Virus genome (UHGV): UHGV-0191814
Reading direction: 5' to 3' (one strand)
Origin: a virus
Length of the DNA: 51,186 nt
Shown: piece by piece, positions 44,651 through 51,186 of the stretch
How the letters are laid out: each line of letters starts with the position of its first letter
How positions within the stretch are numbered: position 1 is the first letter of the stretch
Program-made: the position numbers and the translations under genes
Notes under the pieces: model-generated
What the model was told of the DNA's origin: nothing
What the model saw: only the letters and a program-made list of their open reading frames with translations
Database searches by the model: none

Positions 44651-45175
44651 TTAGTATTTTTCTTTCGACTTCTTGTTGCTCTTCCCCGGAATAGTAACGC
44701 CGTCAGATACTTCAATCGTTGCAAGGACAGGGTCACCTAAGAGCGACTGCACCGGTGAATCGGAAGTAAAGTCAGTATCGATTTCGTGACGGAGGTCGTC
44801 TCTGAACGTCGAGGACGGCGATTTCAAGTCTGCGACTACCAAACCCATTTTACGCATAAGGGCGACAAGTTTATTATTCTGTCGGATATACTCGCGGTTC
44901 TGTTCTTTAAGTAATTCAATTTGATGATTCGTCGCTTTGTCGATCTGCCCGTCAACGTCGACTTTAATACCCATCGCAAGCAACTTCGTCGTTTCCGTCG
45001 CAGCTTCTGCAGCGATTTGTTTACGGTCCGATTCAGTCAATTTCAAGGGTATTTTTCTCGACGCGAGGTTTATAAACGCGAGAATAATTTTCACGATATA
45101 TCGGACGACGACTACACCGCCACCGATCGACGCGACCCATACACCAACTTTGTTGATGATTTCGTTTGTTTCCAT
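44651..45175 (-). CDS. membrane-anchored coiled-coil protein (174 aa)
   Basis: N-terminal TM VGVWVASIGGGVVVVRYIVKIILAFI followed by a heptad-like region. Confidence 0.5.
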   Translation of the reverse strand: METNEIINKVGVWVASIGGGVVVVRYIVKIILAFINLASRKIPLKLTESDRKQIAAEAATETTKLLAMGIKVDVDGQIDKATNHQIELLKEQNREYIRQNNKLVALMRKMGLVVADLKSPSSTFRDDLRHEIDTDFTSDSPVQSLLGDPVLATIEVSDGVTIPGKSNKKSKEKY

Positions 45176-45244
45176 AAAAGCTCCTTTTCCCGTGTTCGCT
45201 GCACCGAACGTGAGAGTAGAAGTATTTTGTACCCAGTGCAGTGG

Positions 45245-45496
45245 TCAATTTTCGATAGTATCGAACAAGCGTTGCACGGATTCTTCGTGCTCCGCGACAG
45301 TAGCCGACAAGCGAGATACTTGCTCTTCAAGCGTGCATATACGACTCATCATTAAGTCGAACACGTCTTTGAGAGTCATCGTCTCACTTACAGGCATATC
45401 CGGAATAGGGATAAATTCCGGTTCGCTCGACCTGATAACACAGATCGAGTTATCAGGTACGTCGAAACGCTTTTGCATAGCAGTTACGTAGTCCAT
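45245..45496 (-). CDS. small coiled-coil hypothetical protein (83 aa)
   Basis: ORF with GGAGGA RBS (aacggaggacgaatATG). Confidence 0.45.
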   Translation of the reverse strand: MDYVTAMQKRFDVPDNSICVIRSSEPEFIPIPDMPVSETMTLKDVFDLMMSRICTLEEQVSRLSATVAEHEESVQRLFDTIEN

Positions 45497-45562
45497 ATTC
45501 GTCCTCCGTTATTCGGCAAACCGTATTAGTTTTCCGATAAGTTTAATGTTCAGTTCCATAGT

Positions 45563-46960
45563 TTACTCCTTGTTTTTCCATAATTTTTCTATCCATACTG
45601 GATATGCCTGTGAAGTACCTCCTTGCGACTCTTGATACCCAAAAAGCCCAAAATTCCCGTCATTAAATAGCCACACCTCCCATGTGGTCACATTGGCTGC
45701 CCCACCTATAGAACTTGGTGTAGTTGTAACATGCCTCCATACTTTTGTAACTGTCGCAAAGATTTTGCTGAATGCGGTATCTCCAAGATTAAGATAATCA
45801 CTCGGTTGTACGACTGTATACAAAGGTGTATCATTAGTTATCACATTCGTGTTAAGTATAAGAGTGTTAGCGGTATCAAACGGTACTGATGGTGTAATAC
45901 GCCACAAGTAGCTCAAATAATAACCGCCAGCGGGCAATTCATTATACTGCCACTGTGTGCCTGTTTGTTCTGCTCCTTCCCACGCAAGTATATACCCGTT
46001 AGTTGATTGCTTATTCCAGTACGCAGCTTTATTTTTGTCATAACCGCTGGCGATTGTGACATATTTGTTATTGCCATAAGCAACATTTTCCCAAGTCTCC
46101 GTATCAGGCAAAACGGTATCTGTCCAAGTAACACCATCCGTTGAATATGCACTTTTCGCGCCTATAATAACGAATTTATTGTCACCATATGTTATGCTAT
46201 TGACTTCAAAATCAAGAGGACTTGTTGCCCAAGTAACACTGTCTGTTGAATACGCAACAAGCGATGTACCATAGTTAGAGCCTACCGCTACGAATTTTCC
46301 ATTCCCGTATGTAATATCAGAAACATTACTCAACGGAATATTAAAAAGTGTCCCAGATTTAGCAACAATTTCAGTCATACGCACTGCGTAGTTTTCGTTG
46401 GATGCAATAATATATTTACCATCGCCATATACCGCTTTTCTCCAAACTTTCTTGGTATAATCTTCTGTTAATTGTAGACCCTGCCAAGTAATACCATCGG
46501 TAGAATAATCCACAAATGCAGAGTTCATACTGAGAAATCCGATAAACGTATCCTTAGCAAAAGAAATAGTTGGGTATTGGTCTGGATACTCACCAGATGG
46601 ACTACCAGTTGTTGACCACGTAATACCGTCTGTCGAATATGCAATATACTTATCCATACTCGATATAACAAACTTCCCGTTACCATACACAACATCTGTC
46701 CAAGATGCGCCGAAAGGCAAACCCACAGTATTCCAAGTTATGCCATCGCTTGATGTTATAACATAGTTCACACTATTAGCAACAGCGACAAATTTTCCTG
46801 CGCCATAAGCAATCCCTGTCCATCTTGCTGTCTTTGGTAATGTCACTTCTGTCCAGTCGGGAGTTATAGGCGGAGGTGAAGGTGGCGTTATTTTTTTCGG
46901 TCTTAAAGCAACCTGACCGGTTTTAAGTTCTATATATCCCATACTCACCTCATTCCACAA
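45563..46960 (-). CDS. BNR/Asp-box repeat beta-propeller protein (465 aa); candidate receptor-binding or glycan-binding protein
   Basis: At least five S-x-D-x-G-x-T-W boxes (SSDGITW, STDGITW x2, STDSVTW, STDGVTW), each following YGNGKFV-type strands. Confidence 0.65.
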   Translation of the reverse strand: MWNEVSMGYIELKTGQVALRPKKITPPSPPPITPDWTEVTLPKTARWTGIAYGAGKFVAVANSVNYVITSSDGITWNTVGLPFGASWTDVVYGNGKFVISSMDKYIAYSTDGITWSTTGSPSGEYPDQYPTISFAKDTFIGFLSMNSAFVDYSTDGITWQGLQLTEDYTKKVWRKAVYGDGKYIIASNENYAVRMTEIVAKSGTLFNIPLSNVSDITYGNGKFVAVGSNYGTSLVAYSTDSVTWATSPLDFEVNSITYGDNKFVIIGAKSAYSTDGVTWTDTVLPDTETWENVAYGNNKYVTIASGYDKNKAAYWNKQSTNGYILAWEGAEQTGTQWQYNELPAGGYYLSYLWRITPSVPFDTANTLILNTNVITNDTPLYTVVQPSDYLNLGDTAFSKIFATVTKVWRHVTTTPSSIGGAANVTTWEVWLFNDGNFGLFGYQESQGGTSQAYPVWIEKLWKNKE

Positions 46961-48173
46961 AACTCTCGATAATGTATTTTATGCTAAATGCGGTCGGCAA
47001 GGTATTTGTATCGACCTTAAAAGTAAATTTCCCTCTATCTTCGGTAATTATGCTTGACAGCGTATGTTCGTTGAGCCAAGTTTCAGTATCTTCGTCCATT
47101 GGATATAGACGAACAAATTTATACGAAGATACACCGCTATCTGTAACCGTGAAGAGATACGGACTTACACTTCCTGTAATTGACACATTTGTGCTTGCGT
47201 TAGTTATATCTTTTTCGTGTGGTAATAATGGTGCCACACCTTCGTTAAGTGTAGTATAAACGTCATACATTGACGCTATTTCAAACATTTCCAACGGGTT
47301 ACTTGTACTACCGACGTCTACACATTTATATATGACGCCTTTCGTATAGTCACTGTTAGTCGTTCCTGTGTGTCGATAATACGTATCTTTAACAGGTGTA
47401 AACCCAGTCGCTGAAAGGTCTTGATTGATAACCGGTACGTTTTCCAATTCATCATAATCAGTTGTACCCTCCGGTACGTCAGGAATTGTAGGAATGTAAG
47501 AATTTACAACTACAAATAAACCTTCTGTCGCTGTGTCAATTATTTCCATTTCATAATCTACGGACCCTCCATCGCTTGCAGAAAGAGCTATACTTCCATC
47601 GGTTTTCGTTCCTTCAAGAATAATGTCTGAGTTAATATACATTGTAACCGCACTATTTATCTTAATAGCTGAGTTAGTGATTGTTGCCGGAGAAACCGTT
47701 ATTAATGTACCTGTAAACCTGGTTATCTTCGCTGATGTCGGTGACGATGAAAGTCTTGCCATAATAATCGACCCGTTGCCTTTTTGAGGATAACCTTGAC
47801 TAAAATCACAATGGTCATAAATAACAAAACCCTGTTCGCCGTCGTCAAGCATCAATGTTTTAGAGCCACTAACTCCTAGCTGAGATGCTCCATCCGCTGC
47901 TGTGCCAGAAAATGATTTTTCCGTTCCATCAATGTTAACGTATATCTCGTATGAACTACCGACAATAAGTCCTAAATCGCTAGTACTTGTTAACGCTTTT
48001 GGTTCATCTTCTCCTAATGTTGGCCAAGTAGCAACGTCTGCCTTAACAAAGAATGCATTTGACGCAGATTGATATGACGACTCAAAGTAAACTCCTCCTG
48101 CCAATTTGGTGTATGTTATGGAAGCGGCACCACCGCCGCCCCCACCTTGTTGTGCATTAGTTATTCCGTTCAT
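46950..48173 (-). CDS. tail fibre/spike protein (407 aa) sharing a ~60-aa module with the large fibre
   Basis: Module MYINSDIILEGTKTDGS...DYEMEIIDTATEGLFVVVNSYIPTIPDVPEG (about 47470-47650) matches two modules in 48188..51186. Gly-rich N-terminus. Confidence 0.6.
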   Translation of the reverse strand: MNGITNAQQGGGGGGAASITYTKLAGGVYFESSYQSASNAFFVKADVATWPTLGEDEPKALTSTSDLGLIVGSSYEIYVNIDGTEKSFSGTAADGASQLGVSGSKTLMLDDGEQGFVIYDHCDFSQGYPQKGNGSIIMARLSSSPTSAKITRFTGTLITVSPATITNSAIKINSAVTMYINSDIILEGTKTDGSIALSASDGGSVDYEMEIIDTATEGLFVVVNSYIPTIPDVPEGTTDYDELENVPVINQDLSATGFTPVKDTYYRHTGTTNSDYTKGVIYKCVDVGSTSNPLEMFEIASMYDVYTTLNEGVAPLLPHEKDITNASTNVSITGSVSPYLFTVTDSGVSSYKFVRLYPMDEDTETWLNEHTLSSIITEDRGKFTFKVDTNTLPTAFSIKYIIESFVE

Positions 48174-48187
48174 AGTTTAGTCTCCTT

Positions 48188-51186
48188 TTAGTTTATTTTA
48201 CGGTATTTGAATTTTACATAACCTATTGACTCTGCGGTAAACGTTGAGTCCATGATTATATAAAGCAAACTTTCTACACGAAGCAGAAATGCGTTGTTTG
48301 CGGAAGTTATTACAGGTGTATATGTGTACACTGACAGGGAATGGTTTGGTTCGCTCGATGCCGAATAAGATATACTGCTTGTTCCTCTCGCTTCGTGTAA
48401 CGAGTCAAAATAAATCTCGCCAGACCATTTTTGGGTAATTTGTTCACTTCCACTAACCACAAGATGGTCTGCAACTACTTGATAAGTTCCTGCTTCTGTT
48501 ATTGTTGCTTGCGGTGTTTCATCATCGACAATTATCCAGTCGCCAACACTTCGCACATCTTCCAACAACGCAATCTCTTTCGTCGCTGTACTGTTTCCGC
48601 TCGGCACTTCCGCTTTCGGTCTTGCTTCGCTCGTTCTAATAATCGTCGGCGTTGCAAGGCTACCAAGCCTGTCGTTCGTTCCGTCGAAGTCGTACCACGC
48701 GTTGCCGTTGAGGTTGTGTACTCTGTTGGTCTTTATGCCGTTCTCGTTGGAAAAGGTCTGTTCGCCTGTAAAGGTGTTCGCCTCGGTCGTTTTCGCAAAA
48801 CCGCTGTCGTTTTCGAGTTGACTTGTTTTTGTAGGTACGTCAGGTACATCAGGCACATAAGCGTTTATGACCTCGAAAAGCCCTTCTGCGCTTGTTTGCT
48901 CGACTTCATACTCATAAGGAATAGCCGTTGTCGGCACAACACTACGAGTAACTATAATACTACCGTCCACTTTGTTATATGGCTTTATATCTTTCTCATC
49001 GGTAAGATACATTTTAACAGAGGAGTTGACAGTTATAGCATTGTCAGAAATACTATAAATCAAAACCCCCTTCGTGGTTTTAAGCCCAGAAAATGATTGT
49101 GCGCTATATCCACCAGAATTACACTGTAAACTTCCGTCTGGTGCAATCTTAAAAGCAGGCGAAGTTGTACTACTGAAAAATTTCAAAACAATGCCGTACT
49201 CGGAAACGTAAACACTGTATGGCTGGGAATATGTGGACAACGTACTTCCTAATATAAGCCAATCTGACTTTTCTTTGTTTTCTTTTAACCCGTCAAAATT
49301 CAAACTTCCAGCAGGTAAAATCATTTGATAATCGCTTGTATTTGCTGGAATTTTATACTGTCCTTCCCATAACGTATCTTCTCCGCTATAACCCCATCCA
49401 GTGGTAGGCAAACTTCCGCTCGCTTTCTTGTAAGTAACGGGTAAACTCGTCGGGCTTTCGGGTATGCTCGGTACAAAGTGGTTGAGCAAAGTAAACTGCC
49501 CGCTTGCGTTCGTCTGTTTGACCTTGTAAGTGTACGGGATAGGCTGTGTCGGCACTGTGTCGCGGATAACCGTCATCTTGCCTGCTTCCATTGAATAGGC
49601 TTTTACTCCGCCGTCGTCGGTGAGTTCCATAAGGATGTCGCTGTTGGCGGTTATGAAAGTGTCGGAGATTGAGTAAGTTTTTCTCGAAGAAGCAACACTT
49701 AACTCGGTAAGTGCATATGTGCCAATTCCACTGCCGTGTTGACAAGAATAGTATATGTTGCCATTATCATAAATGACTATGTGAATGTGGGCGTTGTTTT
49801 CTTCCGCATATAATTTATAATCTCCTGTTTGGGTAGATGCGTGACTACTACCAGCATTACCTATTGGACCGTTCCCAGTACGCTTAACCGTTGCAGATTT
49901 TAATAAATTATCATACGTTGTTTTATAAAAAATCTCGTTTGTTGCGTAACTGCCCGCTATATTCGTTACAAATCTCAAATAGTCATAATTTGCTGGGCTT
50001 GTAACATTTCCTGTCCAAGAAACATTTGTACTCTCCCACCCGCTTGTAGGCAAATTCCCACTTTTCAACGCACTCGCTTCCTGCGGTAACGCTTTGGGGA
50101 CAGTGCCTTTCACACTGATTTCTAACACATCGTCGCTAGTTTTTTCTACAGTAAACGTATCTTTATTAAACGACACATACTGTTCCATTGCTCCATCAAA
50201 AGCCATCAACACATTAGTGTCATTTTTGTTTCGTCCAACAAAATTCAACACATTTTTAGTCGTTCCTGCGGTTGCAACAAAAGTCGCTTGCCAATGCGTA
50301 GTGTCGTTGTCGGGAGAAGTCGTCGAAGTGATACCTTCAATGCAAACATACTGCCCTTTGTCCGTATAGACAAGGTCGTCGATTTCATAGGTCGTACTTG
50401 CAACCCATTTGCCACGATTATTATATCCACCACCAACTACGCTCGCACCATTAACATTCGGAGCAAAAGTGATAACCGTTTTAAGCGTGATTTCGTCTTG
50501 CGTTTTGCCGTAAATGTACACACACTTATCGCCCGATTTACAGATAGGCGCATAGTTTCCGCTCATAGTATCTGCTATATCAAACACCACTTGCGGGACA
50601 GTCTTGTAGTCAACGAAGTCCGTCAGTTCGATTTTTGCTTCGTACGGGAAGTCTGCAAACTCCGTGCTTGCTACCCAGTCGGCGGTTTTGATTGAAACAT
50701 TCTGCCACGCAATGGTAACGGGCTTGCCGTCGCTTTCTTGATACGCCGTTTTGAAATACCCAATCTGCAAGACGGTGTTATCGACCAAATCTTGATTAAA
50801 TTTGTCTTTCGTCGTGTAGTTATAAGGCACGCTTTCTTGCGCCACTTCCGTCACCCAAAGGTCAGGCGTTCCCGCTTCCACAATCCATATCGTGTCACCG
50901 CCTTTAAGTTGATTTCTCGGATAGCCGTTCAACGCCGCGACTGCGTCTTTTGCGGTCATAAAGCCAATTGAGTTCGACCTTCCGTCGGCTTTCATTATCG
51001 CTTCTTCCGCCGTCGCTTTCGCGTCATTCGCTTTATCAACCGCAGTATTTGCTGTTGATTGCGCTTGTTCGGCTTTGGAAATACCCGTGTTCGCCAAAGT
51101 TGTGGCGTTGTCTGCTGTGTTCTGTGCGTCGTCGGTATGTTTGTCAACTTCGTTTATCGCACCCACAAGTGTAGCCTTTTCGTCCG
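48188..51186 (-). CDS. 3' part of the large tail-fibre protein (open to the window end). Two internal copies of the ~60-aa fibre module and a QLENDSGF-type fibre motif.
   Basis: The reading frame stays open upstream of the GTG at 51166 through 51186 (D E K A T L V G A I N E V D...). Module copies at about 49425-49640 and 48830-49020. No credible RBS or start. Confidence 0.6.
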   Translation of the reverse strand, partial: DEKATLVGAINEVDKHTDDAQNTADNATTLANTGISKAEQAQSTANTAVDKANDAKATAEEAIMKADGRSNSIGFMTAKDAVAALNGYPRNQLKGGDTIWIVEAGTPDLWVTEVAQESVPYNYTTKDKFNQDLVDNTVLQIGYFKTAYQESDGKPVTIAWQNVSIKTADWVASTEFADFPYEAKIELTDFVDYKTVPQVVFDIADTMSGNYAPICKSGDKCVYIYGKTQDEITLKTVITFAPNVNGASVVGGGYNNRGKWVASTTYEIDDLVYTDKGQYVCIEGITSTTSPDNDTTHWQATFVATAGTTKNVLNFVGRNKNDTNVLMAFDGAMEQYVSFNKDTFTVEKTSDDVLEISVKGTVPKALPQEASALKSGNLPTSGWESTNVSWTGNVTSPANYDYLRFVTNIAGSYATNEIFYKTTYDNLLKSATVKRTGNGPIGNAGSSHASTQTGDYKLYAEENNAHIHIVIYDNGNIYYSCQHGSGIGTYALTELSVASSRKTYSISDTFITANSDILMELTDDGGVKAYSMEAGKMTVIRDTVPTQPIPYTYKVKQTNASGQFTLLNHFVPSIPESPTSLPVTYKKASGSLPTTGWGYSGEDTLWEGQYKIPANTSDYQMILPAGSLNFDGLKENKEKSDWLILGSTLSTYSQPYSVYVSEYGIVLKFFSSTTSPAFKIAPDGSLQCNSGGYSAQSFSGLKTTKGVLIYSISDNAITVNSSVKMYLTDEKDIKPYNKVDGSIIVTRSVVPTTAIPYEYEVEQTSAEGLFEVINAYVPDVPDVPTKTSQLENDSGFAKTTEANTFTGEQTFSNENGIKTNRVHNLNGNAWYDFDGTNDRLGSLATPTIIRTSEARPKAEVPSGNSTATKEIALLEDVRSVGDWIIVDDETPQATITEAGTYQVVADHLVVSGSEQITQKWSGEIYFDSLHEARGTSSISYSASSEPNHSLSVYTYTPVITSANNAFLLRVESLLYIIMDSTFTAESIGYVKFKYRKIN

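Noticed and set aside
1-51186. tRNA, rRNA or integrase/attachment features
   Set aside because: No cloverleaf-compatible tRNA-like segments could be identified by eye. No integrase, repressor or excisionase-like ORFs were recognised, which is consistent with a virulent phage. A tRNAscan run would be needed to exclude tRNAs.

Overview
The window reads as a near-complete tailed dsDNA phage genome of about 51 kb. It is probably a circular permutation, because the minus-strand ORF running off position 1 and the minus-strand ORF running off position 51186 join in the same frame with no stop codon, giving one ~1340-aa tail-fibre-like gene if the ends are joined. The genome has two divergent arms. 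The minus-strand arm (5219 down to 1, then 51186 down to 25038) carries packaging, morphogenesis and probable lysis genes: a TerS candidate, TerL, a portal-like protein, a scaffold-like protein, an HK97-like major capsid protein, 455-aa and 1126-aa virion proteins, a 3306-aa giant ORF with two HExxH motifs, three membrane proteins, a BNR/Asp-box repeat protein and modular fibre proteins. The plus-strand arm (5718 to 25000) carries early and replication genes: three paralogous small proteins, each behind a conserved AAAATTGTAT[T/C][A/G]AAAAA motif; many small ORFs, several of them Cys-rich; up to three sigma-factor-like proteins; a DedA-like membrane protein; a nucleotide module of a dUTPase-family protein, a thymidylate-synthase-family enzyme that carries Asp where canonical ThyA has its pyrimidine-specificity Asn, and a dNMP kinase; a VRR-NUC nuclease; an SNF2 helicase; a prim-pol/SF3 helicase; and a family-B DNA polymerase. 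Between the first paralog genes and the early ORFs lies a ~2.2-kb mostly non-coding hub (6171-8375). It holds a CGCAGCACTAAG repeat array, 33-bp and 16-bp direct repeats, and an AT-rich polypurine/polypyrimidine inverted repeat, and is a candidate origin or regulatory region. I found no tRNA, rRNA or CRISPR array. All functional calls rest on motif recognition by eye; no searches were run.
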